Origin: Styela clava
Taxonomy: Eukaryota
Length of the DNA stretch: 64,000 bases
Direction: 5' to 3'
Assembly (NCBI RefSeq): GCF_964204865.1
Contig: NC_135255.1
Coordinates: forward strand, 17,980,001-18,044,000
Every line of letters starts with the position of its first letter. Position 1 is the first letter of the stretch. The notes under the pieces were generated by a model, which made no database searches, was not told the origin of the DNA, and saw nothing but the letters and a program-made list of their open reading frames with translations. A program made the position numbers and the translations under genes. This document shows positions 49,511 through 62,613 of the stretch, piece after piece.

Positions 49511-52500
49511 AAATAACAAGCGAACATTGTTAAAAGTTGGTGATCTGAAATGGATGTGATTCAATAAACACACATTTTGGGTTTTGGGTTCGGTCGTTTA
49601 TAATAAACAGGCTTAACGTCAAATACAATTTAAATTTGAGGAAAAGATTTTTCTCATATATGACACTGAGTCGCTCTTTTCTATGCAAAAGCTTTTTAAA
49701 TCTGGTTGCACACTTTTTTCTTAACAGTCCCAAGCCACAAATACCCAAACCAAAGTATACTTTGATTGAATCAAAGAGTTCTTGAGGGTTCACAGACTGT
49801 TTATGTAAAAACATGCGTTTAAGTAAAAATCGTCTCGCACGCTATGTGGGTGCGTATTTTCTAGAATTCTATTTTTTTTTCACTGTGGTGACATGCACCA
49901 CATGACCATATATGTGTAGATACGTTTATTACGATTTCGATAATTCTAAACCAGATTCATTATCAAAATTTTCCATAAAAAAAGCGAATTTCGAAATTTC
50001 AAAGAAAAAAGGATTTGAACATATTACGAAGTAATAGAATCACTTTAAGCTGGTATTCAATCAAAGTTTGAAGCAATATTAAGAAAGAAAAAGAATTTAG
50101 AAAATAGAGAAACTTTAAAATCAGGAATATACCTTGATGTCATTTTTTCAAAACAGAGGGTTCGATAATCGCTTATACGCTCATTGCAGCTCGCTTGTAC
50201 TCTTATGTTTTGAAAACCGTTAAAAGCTGACGATTTTGAAAGTAATACATTCGTAATTACTCGCGACTTAGCATGACATAATTCACAGAAATCGCGACGA
50301 GGGTGACAAAACATTCATTTTCGTCTGTTGTGAATTCCAAATTAGATTTTTACATCGATGACCAGATATTGTCATTGTCACAGCAGACGAAAACAGGAAA
50401 TTAAGTATAGTTACGTCACAATCGTAAATAACAATTTCGATAATGAAACAATTAAACAAAAGACAGGGGATTTTGAAAAGACGCAACGTCACGTGACACA
50501 CGTGTGTGGGTCATTGAAATACAAACGTATAGGGTTACAGCTACTCATAAAATGATATATACAATCGTATCGAATATAATCCGTGAATTTCCAAGAATGG
50601 AAATTATACCCGATTTTGCATATAACTCGTTTCTTCGAAGTAAAACCACGAATCTCCAATTGAACGTCCATACGAATAATTTCCTTTATTAAGTAAAATC
50701 GCGCTCGTGTATCGGGTTCGTAATAAAACTTTGCAAACTTCTGCTTAGTCAGAAATTGTATTTAATTACGGTTAAATACAAGTCATACTACTGTTTTTGT
50801 AAATGAATTCAAATAATAGAATTTGTGAATCCCTTCTCCTATTCACCGTTATAATTAAAATACATAGCTATAATTCGATTGTGACTTCATAGTAAACAGT
50901 TGTGACTGACGATCCCTTCACAATTACGCATCGGGGGTGTACGAATATAATCGACGAATGGCCCTTTAATGTTTATTTTAAGCTTTCACGTGACATAAGG
51001 CTCCAGACGAGGAATCAATGATAATATATAAAGAAAGAAAATTATTATAATTATATTAGTCAAATACTGGTATATTTTAGTAAAATTTACAGGTTTTAAA
51101 ACAGCTTTGGCGGGGATATTTCACGCTGTTATAAGCGACTGTGCCATATTACACCTGAACGGTGCGCAAACAAAGTAATTATTTTCCTTTCTTTGGAAAA
51201 GGTGTTGTGATTCTGGAAAGGAATGTTTTCCAGTTGTACAATGACTCAGAAAGAATTTTCCTACTAAAAATAGGGCAATAAAACTAAGAAGCACTACGTC
51301 GGAACGATGGAAAAGTCCAGTTTGTCATTTTCTTATTCAGATTCAGATGTATATATTTGTTGTGCAACAAACATCGTACATATGAACCAAAATTAAAAAT
51401 GAAACGAACCCATTGAAAAAATCGTACAATGTGAGAAAAGGGGTCGTGGAAAGAATATTAAAGTCATCGAGTCAGCGACACCATTTTGAGCAGCAGATGA
51501 CGTCAAACAATTACGAAAGTATCAGCCGGCATGTGCATTGGTGTTGAACTCTTGTCTGGAAATCTTCAATACATTATTTATTACACGGCAATTTTCAAAC
51601 AAAAATATTATTACGTCATAAAAGTAACCTTCTCGATAAAACAACGAGTTCTTTCAGAATTCCTCGTTAGGAGAATTAACCCAGCAGACCCAAGTGGTTT
51701 TGTTTTATCAGACGTATCTGTTCATCCGTGAACAATTCCAAGACTAAAAACACAAAATTGAGAAAGTTTTGTGACGTATGGAAAACGTCACTATGTAAAT
51801 ATTATGATCGAAAGGAATGTGCGATTTAGTCGACATTTGTTTTTAATGGACGCGAGGGTCCAGTGGTTGAAGCGTTGGACATAGCCCTGATGGCATCGCA
51901 GATTAACAAACTCGTGTCCAAATCCTGGACCTACCACTTAACACCCAAGATGTAATCAAATCGGGTAGACAAAGTCGAACCGGAAGGATTCCGCTTTTTT
52001 GAAGTAAAGCAGCCCTTTACATGTACCAGTTAAGATTTCGGTGTTCCAAAATATTGCAGGTCATTACAGGCAAAATTGTTAGCCTTCACTGATTTTACTT
52101 ATTCGGAATAAAACTCAAATGAACGAGTCGAATAAAAAAAATAGAACACAAATCGTTTCTACATATTTGAAAATAAAAAGGATTGCATTATATTTAATAA
52201 TTTGTTTTCATCACATTCCTCGTGTTATTTCGTGCGTTCTCAGGTCATCTGAATTACATTTTAATAATCTACGCCTAACAAGGTTTTGTTTTGTGACGAA
52301 ACAATAGGTTATATTTGAAAGTAAACATATTGTTCGCAGCGAGAAAAACATTATTCAAAGGCAATTATGCATTAAGAAAAAATTTCGCAATCAAAAACTA
52401 TTTCCCTAGAGCGTAAACTCACGTATTTTGCGTAAAACTTGCTATTTTTAACGTCGTTGTTTTGACAAAACATTACTTTGCGTCGATGCGTAAAAACGTG

Positions 52501-53648
52501 GGCATTTTCTCTTGTACGCGTTACTGCATTATGCATTCTCCCACAATATAAATTAAGCCCTCGCAATTTTCTGCATATTTTCACCTAATCACATGAAAAT
52601 ACACCAATGAGAAACAAGTTTTGGGATGTTTTTGCTCTGACTAATTATCTAGACAATCCCACTTTTAAATCTACTGAGATACTTTGAATTTGAGGAAAAC
52701 GATTGTTTTTTTCTGTAAGTTTATTTTGAAAGCCTGCGCCAGGGTGTAATAAATTAGTTACGTTACCACCGGACAGCAGCGATTTTTTCATTTTAATTTG
52801 AAAATTTCATACGTGGCTGCTTGTGTGAAGCATTGCTCAGAGCGAACAATTGAGGGTATTATGATATTATTGGTCAACGCCATTGCCGAATTGTTTGTTC
52901 TCAAGTTGGGTCAGGATAAGTTACATTAGATAGGGTTTTAAAATAGAAAAAATGTGGCAATGACCAAATTCATCATAACCTAAATCAGGACTGAGCAACT
53001 TGCCGCCCGCGGGCCAAATGCGGCCTACAAGAAAAATTTGTGCGGCCCGCGCAGAAGTGTCAAGTTTGATTGACGTATGGCCCGCAAAACAAGTTTTCAA
53101 TTTATTTTATTCAGGTACGTGCGAGTGACGTAATAATATGATATTGTTCGCAATTGTATATAGATATAGTAATAAACCTACGACCGGAATGGCGCTCGAG
53201 AAAAAGTTGCACCAATAACGTTTAACTTTCAAAAAAACAAGATTTTGAAGATTACGAAAGGGTGAAATAAACTCTATGTGGGTGGATTGTGGGCGGGTAA
53301 TGTTTTATGAGCAAACAAAGCAATATAAAACTTTTAGGCCGTAATTTTAAAGATATAATTTTTAAGATTACAAAAAAAATTTCCGCTCCACCTACCAATA
53401 GGATACGTCTTGAATAAATGACAAATAATAGAATAGTAAAATAAATGATTTTTTCTCCTTCATGTATGAATATTATAATAATATACGCTCCATGCTGTAT
53501 GGATAGCTTACTAACGCGATATAAAAATAAAAAAAGCAAAAAATAAAAAAAGTCTACCAAACTATGCACAAATGGTGACGCGGTCAAAAATCTAATGCAG
53601 TCCGCCTCGGCGTTCCTTGGTCAGTTTTGGGGTTGAAATTCTATGAAC

Positions 53649-54202
53649 CAGGGGTGTAAAATTATTAATACAGAAACGCTAAATACAAATATCGAGGTCA
53701 GGGCTACTCAACTATTTTCATCAAAGATCCGCAAACAAAACTTCAAAATTATTGGGTCCGGTCTTTCCAGAAATTATATTTCGGCATCCTTATTTGCACA
53801 CTTCCTCGACCGGCTAATGATTATTACCTAATCAAGATTGTTTATTATGGTGTTATAGTTTTTTACATATATATTCAAAACTATTAAAGTCATTTTTTAA
53901 AAGGTAACTTCAAAAGTGGGGCTGATGTTTCAAAATAAAGAATTAGGTGCGGCCCGAATCAAATACTCGAAAGGGTCGGATTCGGACCGCGGTCCGCCAG
54001 TTGAGTAGCCCTGATTTAGGTGGAAACGCGGGCCGCATTTTCATTTAACACAGGCTTGGAATTGGAATTACTTGCATGTAACATATCAAACTAAATTAAA
54101 AACCCGTTTCGAGGGCCGCACACCATTCAAAATTGGCACTCTTCAGTGGGCCTCACAATGTGGGCCGCATTTGCCCAGCGGGCCGCAGGCTGCACACCCC
54201 TG
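53649..54202. mobile_element. hAT MITE (similar to 5210-5660) with a second hAT MITE (53699-54013) nested inside
   Basis: Outer caggggtgt...acacccctg; inner cagggctactcaac...gttgagtagccctg with TSD atcgaggt/atttaggt. Confidence 0.7.
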
Positions 54203-56806
54203 CTACAGACTGTTTGATTCGGGACTATTCAAGCATTCGTCTTGTGATTACCTCAAGTTTTTCAATTGAAATTTAATTTAATTACAGAATTGAATTAAAA
54301 CTCGAAGTACAATTTCTCAAATATTGAAAGAGACATTTAATAATCTTCTATAAGTGAGAAAAGTTGACTAGCGGAACCCGTGCGCTTTTCTCAAGAGACA
54401 GTGGCCTCAAGTTACCGATATTCAATTAAGATTAGCTTCATACGATTAAATTGCGGATACGATGTAGCCTATCTGCTGGCACTTTTGCGGAAATTAAGTT
54501 CACAAAGAAAAGCGTAGGCGACGTAAATGAAAAGTTCCAAACCAATCGGATATACAGGATGTTCATAAATGCCCTTTACAATTTCAATTATGTTATGGAA
54601 TCAGTTCTCAATATATCTTAACCAGGTTTGTTGTTTTTTAATTAAGAATTGTTCAAGTATTTTCACTTCATTTGATCTGTGAGGGCCAAAACAATACGTG
54701 ATATCGATAAATTCAATATTAAAAATTCAACAATATATAGCATTTGTGTGTTTAGGATAGTAATAGGACCCATCTTCGCGAATATTTCTTTATAAGGCAA
54801 AAATAAAATAGTAAACCATACCGGGTCAGTAATGTTTGTTTATATACAGATCATTGGTGAAGTGACGATTCGTCGAGACAACAGTCCACGTTAAAATACA
54901 GGAAAAAAAACAATGTGGGCGTTTCCTGGGTCGCGGGGGCGTGTGACATTCTAATTTTAGCGCCAAATGGTCGATGAGTCGAACAGGAGAAACAATATGG
55001 AGTGAGATATTCCACACGGCAAAAATCCAAAACAAATTTTAGGTTTTTTAACGCTATTATTGTGAATTTTATTGGTGTCGTAAATGGATTAACAGGAAAC
55101 CATGTCTATGTCGCAATATGACGTCATTTCCGCCATAAAGTGAATTATTTTTAAATTTCCTCAACAGATAGTATGCTCACAATACGATGTGATTTGTATT
55201 CCTACAATTAAGTCACTAGACAAGCATTGTCCTAAACGTTGTGGGTGCCAATGTACATATTTTGTCATTTACCAACGGGTCCGGCTTGTAGAACCAAATA
55301 GGGGCGTAAGGTGGGTGTGTCGGAAACTTATTTCCATAATACAAATAATTTGGTTCGCTTGTGAAGCTGAACTCACCTTTAAAAAACTTCTTGGTGGAGT
55401 TCGCTGAGAGCAAGGTCTCGTGCACTCTAAGGTTTACAAGGTTGCAATCAAGTGTCAAGAGCTTCGGAGACTATAAAGATTCTCTTGTGTAGAATTGCGC
55501 GCTCGCAAATACCAATTGACGAGAGACGTCCTATTTCAGGAAAAATTCGGTTTCACTTAAAAATATTCCAATAAAAGATGCCGTAATAAATACGTAATAA
55601 GGACGATAAGCCCGAACAAGATTAAGTGTACATTTCAATTTAATATTATGCGGTATAATAACAGCTCTAATAGTACTATTGCGTCAGCAACCTATTTCTA
55701 TGACATAATAATCATTTTCATTATATACTATTATGATTGAACAATACCGACAGCGGAAGGAATTCAGATCATAATCTTCTATTATTACTTGTAACAAAAA
55801 CGCAAAGTTAGGAAGATTCAACTGTTATTATACATACATATATTTTCATAATGATAAAATTGGGTTATAGAGAGAATAAAGCTAAGCCAGTTACTTCAGT
55901 TCGTCTAAGAATCTAACGGGAGCTATTATCCTATTTGTAACTGCTTTTGCAGAGCTTTATTCAGAGCGAAAAGATGTCGTATAAAAACCAGACATCTCTT
56001 GGTCTCAGAATTGAATAAGCGTAAAAATTTAATTATAATAAGGGAGAATTACTGGCTAAAATTTTAAACAAATTCTTTATAAGATGTCGTATAAAATGAC
56101 TCGTCTCTGGGTCACAAGTTGTACACAAACAATTTCCAAATTGGATAAGAAGATATATTTTAAAACTAAATAATTCAAATACGCGATGCCGAAATTTGAA
56201 AACAAATGTACGAAATACAAGCCCCATTTTTATTATACTTTACAATAACAAAAGTTTAGGATGCCTGGATTTTAATCGCGTGTTCTTATCCAGTGAGTCA
56301 CCCCTAATCCGGTCAACTATCCGCGTAATTTTAAACCTTACGTAACGTACGTGGGTGGGAACGCTTTACGCACGTTTTGACGCAAGGGATTCCCGATTAT
56401 GAGGAATTCGGTGCAATATTACATTTTTATCAAAACAAAGCATAAATTAGGTAGTTTTGTAAAATTAAATAAGCAGAAGTCTATATGGTCTCTTTCAATA
56501 ACACGTTGTGAGTAGGGTTAGGCCATAATTTCAGGTACAAATACTACGGGAGTCACTTGGCTAGTCCCCAAATTGGTAATAGAACTAAAATAAAGAAAAC
56601 TAGTATAAAATTATGGTCTAAGCCTAACCTGGTACACATCTACTTTTCGTCTAAGTCACAAACATTGGTATTTATTACGCTTCGGCTCCCATCCCGGAAT
56701 AATAGGCAAGATATCGACATGAATCACTTTGTTGTTTTGAACAAATGATTAAAAATTTTCTGAACGATCTTTCATGTTATTGCGAAATCGTAAAATTTGT
56801 TTATAC

Positions 56807-57071
56807 TAATGGTTTCCAAACTGGGGGTGGTTTCTTCAATCCTGGCAACTTCTTTCGGCAATTTATCGTTTGACATCGCAGAAACAGTACCACCCTTCTT
56901 ACTGAAATTGAATCCAGACATTGTTCTTGGGTTCACGGATTCTTATGTGCTTGTTGTTGGTATTAAATTTGATGAATTGCGCAATGACAATTTTATTTTA
57001 ATGGAAGGGGTAATTGAGCTTATGGTAATTCAATGTAGGGGTAATGATATTAAAAGGTTTTGAAACCACTG
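56807..57071. mobile_element. hAT MITE
   Basis: taatggtttccaaa...tttgaaaccactg; perfect TSD gtttatac. Confidence 0.75.
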
Positions 57072-58374
57072 GTTTATACGAATGCCCAGAACTAACAATA
57101 GAATTAACTTCATTTCCGCTTAAAACTAGCAGAATAGAGTCCAACCTTGCAGCATTTATAATTAATATAAATTATAAACAAATATTCCAATAAATGACCT
57201 TTAGAAAATTTAAAAAAAAATGTATCATTGTGATTTATGGACATAATTTTCAATTAATTAATGCTAATCTTAGAATGCGTCGTGATGCGTCCAGTGCGTC
57301 GAAACCAAATGATAAAAATTCAGTAAACTTAAGTGACATTCACAAGTAATTACACGACAAAGAAACGGAATAAGGACTCCACAATTACGTACGCGCAATC
57401 GCTGGCTAACATTTATTTTAAAACGACCCGATTTTGGTATTAAAAGTAATGTATACATGTTGAATAAACCTAAAATGCTAGTTAAATTTTCATGCGTGTA
57501 ATGCGTCTACACGCAAACTTACGTACGCAGACAGACTCACTTCCGACGCATTTTGTTACGTTTTTTGAATAATGACTCATGGAACATAATTTTATAATTG
57601 CAAATCATTGAATAATAGTACTTTCTAAACTTTGTTGAAAAATGCTTATTTCTTTTTGTTACTGCCCACGTGGGCATGGCTCAGTGCAGGGGTGGGCAAC
57701 AGTTTTATTTTATGTATGGGTCGCATTCAGAAAATCTTTTTAACAAAGGGCCGCATTTGACGTCACAGGTACTGTTCCCATTCGCATGAATTTTTTTGTT
57801 CAACTGAACCTTTAGAAAGTGCACAATGGCTATGGGTAGCACAAGAGTAAAGAGCGCTTCTATACAAGTTGATGCAAAAAAAACTTGTTTATGAATTTAA
57901 TTATTCAATGAAAAATGTTAGTTTTCCCTCTGATGTTTGGGGGCATCATTGCTCACAGATTCTTTACACATCCGTGACTGCTTGTACTGGGTCTTGTTTG
58001 AAGTGAATGTGCAAAATACCTAATAAATATTTTGCTATATATAAACTTCCGCTTATTTTTCCAAGTTTCAGAGAAAACGAGATGTTAAATAGTTAAATAG
58101 TCTGTTTCACAGATGTTAAATATTAGGTTTTTCAATTGCAAAGTTATTAACTATTACATTTTTGTGACTTTGAAATTATGGAAATGGACAATATCTCACA
58201 TCTTTCTGAAATAATTCTGAAAAAAAAGAAAAATTTTATCCAAAACAATAATCTGTTAAAAGGTTAAATCACAAAAGTTTTAGGAATCATTAATAATTAA
58301 ATTAATTTAAAAAAAAATTCTAAGAATGAACTGCATGCAGCGTCAAACACATTGGCGTGGAATTGTTTAAAAAT

Positions 58375-58940
58375 GAATGAACATTTTGATGAAATATTTC
58401 GAGAAAAAAGAGCCAACCAACTAAATATATCCTAAATTTTCCAATAAAGGTACACATACGATGCATTAAACAATAAATAAAGATCTCAGCCAACTGCGCG
58501 TCAGAATTTGAACTCAACACGTATTATGCGTCAACGCAACGACGCAACAACGGGGACGACGTGGGTATTTATTTAATGCTCTATGCGAGCAGTCACTACT
58601 ACGTACATAGCTACTATAAATAACAAATGTGTTAACAATTTATAGTTTTGCTGTATTGATTTTTAAAAAACGTTCCAGGAGTGGAAAGATCTTGGAACAT
58701 TCACAAAATTATATTTACCCGGAATTGTTTGAAATTGTAAATAATAAACATTTTGATGAATTATTTCAAGAAAAACGACACAACACAATCTAACTAAAAA
58801 TATCTTACTTTTTTTTTCAATAAAGGTGAGTACGATGCATTTTACGATGAATTAAAATCTCAGCCAATTAAGCGTCAGAATTTGAACCATGCATACGTAG
58901 CTATGCGTCGACGCAGCGACGCAAGAACGTGAACGATGCA
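58375..58940. repeat. Diverged direct repeat (~190-bp blocks ~367 bp apart) rich in GACGCA/TGCGTC
   Basis: aacattttgatgaa...caataaaggt...tctcagccaa...gcgtcagaatttgaac...tatgcgtc.acgca.cgacgcaa occurs twice. Confidence 0.7.
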
Positions 58941-59699
58941 ACAAGGTATTACGACGCAGCGTATGGACATAAATAACTTAATTATATGTCAAATAATTTG
59001 TATTTTCATCGGAAATTAATAGTTTTATTAAGTTTTAACAATGCTCTATCCTTAGAAAACGTATGAGTAATAATATTGACACGCAAGTTACGCAAACCGG
59101 CGTAATAAAATTTAAAATACTAATAAAAAAGGTCACGTCAAAATCGGCCACGTACGGGTCCCAGAAAAAGAGAAAAGTTAGGAATAGCTCCGCGCTTGAT
59201 CGTGTAAAATGTCAATAATAAAATCTGGCAACTGGTTTAAACTACCGGACGTCTTAAATTATCTTCCAGGAACGTAAAAATATATTTGAATTTCATTCCA
59301 AATGCCGGATGCGTATAATGGATAGTAAATTAATAAAAAGCTATAAATAGGCTGCGTAACTCGGGCTAGGCCACTACGCAATTATGTAGAAATGGGAAAA
59401 TAGTTAAATAAATAAAACTTTGGAAATTTTAGTTTTCTATAAAGAGGTTTCAAATCATTAGAATCAAATTGAGATTTATGAATATTATGACATAATAATC
59501 GAGTCGATAATGGCGGGAAACTCGGCCTACATGGTTGAATTTATGAGACTCGGCTTGGTCAAAGTCAATATATTTGACGCCGACGACTGAATTTCTTTGG
59601 GAGCAAATACATGCCATATTTCTGTGCATTTGCCTTAGTAGATCCTTACGCACGTAATGTGAGATTCAATAGTTTTGCTGATTACTAACACAAATATAT

Positions 59700-59740
59700 T
59701 TCAACGTTTCGTCTGACCAATGTTAGACTTCCTCAGACTT
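59700..59740 (-). ncRNA. Penelope-type minimal hammerhead ribozyme motif (possibly decayed)
   Basis: The - strand reads CUGAGGA-A-GUCUAAC(AUUG)GUCAGAC-GAAAC-GUU: both core boxes, a 6/7-bp stem II and a palindromic AACGUU stem III; stem I is weak. Confidence 0.5.
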
Positions 59741-59947
59741 ACATAACTCAACTACCTAACCTCAGACGAAACGTAACAAAAATATAATTGTCTTGGTATG
59801 CATAAAAACTCGTGAATAAAATGTATTTGTTGAAGTTTTCCTTCATAAAATAAGAAATCAAAGAAGTCTCAATATATCTTACGGTAATTATCCATGGTTT
59901 TTACTTCATTTAATACACCCTTTAATGTCCATCTCGAGTTGCATCAG

Positions 59948-60088
59948 AGCATTTTTATTCAATTTAATACAGGACTCGATTAACATTTTGTCCATTTTTA
60001 TTCAAAGAATTTTTGTCCATTTTTATTCAAAGCATTTTTATTCAATTTAATACAGGACTCGATTACCGTTTTGTCCATTTTCATTCAT
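59948..60088. repeat. Local complex tandem duplication
   Basis: agcatttttattcaatttaatacaggactcgatta x2 interleaved with ttttgtccatttttattcaaag x3. Confidence 0.75.
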
Positions 60089-60287
60089 AATTAGATATTA
60101 TTACACCATAAACACATAATAATACCACTAATGTATATTACATTATATTTATAGTTCGCGGTCAGACAAGACGACGGATCGAAATTTGAATACGAGACAA
60201 TAATTATTAAGCATTCGATTTTGTAGAATCGGCAATTTTGCAACGCTTAACGCGTTTAGTTACTGTCTATGAGTGCATGGCTTAGTT

Positions 60288-60549
60288 CAAAGGGTGGGCA
60301 GGAGTTTTTTTTTAATTTTTTGCTGGGGCTTCGTACAGGAAAGATTTTTTTACAAAAGGCCGCATTTGACGTCACAATTACTATTCCCATTCGCTATGAC
60401 AGTGTCGAATTTGAGGGCGGCTGACATTGTTATGAAAAAAATAACATTAATATTATTCTACTAATTCACAGAGTTAATATGTATTTTAAAAAAAAGTTCA
60501 AGAGCAGAGGTGGGGGCTGCATGCGGCGCGGGTTGTTGGCCCATACCTG
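60288..60549. mobile_element. hAT MITE (related left end at ~57687-57790)
   Basis: TSD gcttagtt/gcttagtg; shared body ggccgcatttgacgtcaca...ttcccattcgc. Confidence 0.65.
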
Positions 60550-60765
60550 GCTTAGTGGATAGAAATATTGATTTTATTTTTTTATTTTTTCGAAAAAACG
60601 TTCGAATACGCCGTATAATAGAGTAACTTAAGTAACATTTTTAGTGACATAACTTTCGGAAGAACGAATTGGTACATTATTTTTCCGGGTTCAATCCCGG
60701 TTATTGAGGAAAAGTTCAAACTCAGTTTCGTGTTCTCCCAACATTTCAGGGTATAGCATACGGAT

Positions 60766-60949
60766 GGTGACAGCACATTTGAACCCAGGTACATTTGAAC
60801 CCATGTGTATATGTGCGGGTTCAATCTATATGCGGGTGCTAAAATCCATGGGTTAGGGTTAGTATGGGTTCAAATATCCGTAAGTGCAAATTTCCATAGG
60901 TGCAATAGTATGCAGGTGCAATTGTCGTGGGTTCAAATGTAATGGAACC
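60766..60949 (+). mobile_element. Family D element: GG...CC ends, 9-bp TSD, internal short inverted/direct motifs (Mutator/Foldback- or Merlin-like)
   Basis: Perfect TSD catacggat; repeated acatttgaaccc/gggttcaaatgt motifs and central gggttagggttag. Confidence 0.7.
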
Positions 60950-62423
60950 CATACGGATACCTCTTATTTTGACCCTTTTTCTACATTATTTATTCTTTTT
61001 GAATAAAAAAAATCGTTTAAACTCCAAATTTGCGACAAATTATAATACTAACATCAACAAATAATATTACTGAATTAGCGAAATTAATGATAGATATAAT
61101 CTTATCTAACAACTAATAAAACAAACTAAAATAAATATCGCTTCCGTAACTGACATGATCGTGACATTGTGGTCATGGTCGTTAACGTAAACACGGTTAA
61201 GTGGTAAATTGTCGCAAAAATTAAAGAAAAAACGGTTAAATACTAGAATTTTCATGTAAATAAAGTTGTATTCACAAAAAGCGACAAAGAGGAGTTATCC
61301 TTATTTGACTAGAAATAATACAGGGCCATACAGAAAACCTCCCACATTTTAAATTCGTTTTGCCTCGCCCTGTGTAATTCTAGTTCTAATTACTTACAAA
61401 TGCTGGTTATTTTACAAATATCTCTATCAGTGTTGTATATTGCTGATTGTAGGATTTTATAAATTAAGAAAATAAGCTTTAACCCGGAAACGCCTATTCT
61501 GCGAAAAACTAAGTCAAAACAAGATGAAAAAAGTTTCGCATCCTGCTGAACTAAACCAAGCCATGGTTTACCCAAGCTGTGGCCAACTTTGAATTTAAAA
61601 TACGACGACATTGAAATAATAATGATGTCATAGTCAGAAAATAAACAAGGGTGTTGTTATGAGCTTGGAGTGTTTTTATGGTAAATTACTCACTAAAAAA
61701 AGGACAAAAGTATTCAGTACTCATAGAGTGAGAATGGTCGTAAATATTGCGCGAAAACTTATAATTATGATATAAACGCGAAAAAAAGTGGGTGAATCGA
61801 GCTAGAAAATCCACAATTGAATGAAACTCCATGAAAGTCCATGTTATAGGTAATTGATAATAGGCTGATAACATGGTCCAAGTCGACAAATTAAATGTGC
61901 CCTGCTTGAAGCCCTGCTTCTAACTGCATAGCCCAATAGGTTTGATTTTTAAGGCGAAATCTGGTCGTAAAAGCATCAATTCTAGCAAAAACACAAATGC
62001 ACCCAAACACTTTATGTATACACAGAAATAAACCATAGGACACAATTACGATTCGCGTAACGATCCGTTGAGTGAAATTGTTCAACAATTTATGTTTTTA
62101 CTTTTTTGTGATTTAGATATCGCCAATTGTAAGGTCATTATCACAGTTTAAACACGTGTATATCCGTAACAATTCAATTATACCGGTATCTCTACATCAC
62201 CGGTATCATACGTAACGGTACCAGTACCGGCTCCTTGCGGGCGCTCCCCTCCCCCGGTCCGCGAATATCCTTCCGCTTCTAATTATGACCCCCGGTCAGT
62301 CAACTTTGGGAACCACTGCCCCAAGAGCACGAATGAATATAAGCAATCTATAATAAAGTGTATATGAACAGCTCAAATTCAGCTTTTTCTAAACTTTTCA
62401 AATTTTGTCAATAATACATCTTC

Positions 62424-62613
62424 GGTTCCATTACATTTGAACCCACGTACTATTGAACCCATGACAATTCCACCTGCATACTATTGCACCTATGGAATTT
62501 TTTTTCTCGTTTTACAGATATTTGAACTCATACTAACCCTAACTCATGGGGTTTAGCACTTGCCTATAGATTGAACCGGCGGATATACACTTGGGTTCAA
62601 ATGTACAGTCACC
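62424..62613 (-). mobile_element. Family D element, inverted copy
   Basis: Reverse-complement homolog of 60766-60949; TSD tacatcttc/tacatctac. Confidence 0.7.

Noticed and set aside
52978-54021. One large hAT element 52986-54013
   Set aside because: The flanks acctaaat/atttaggt are inverted rather than direct repeats; the right end belongs to the nested element starting at 53699.
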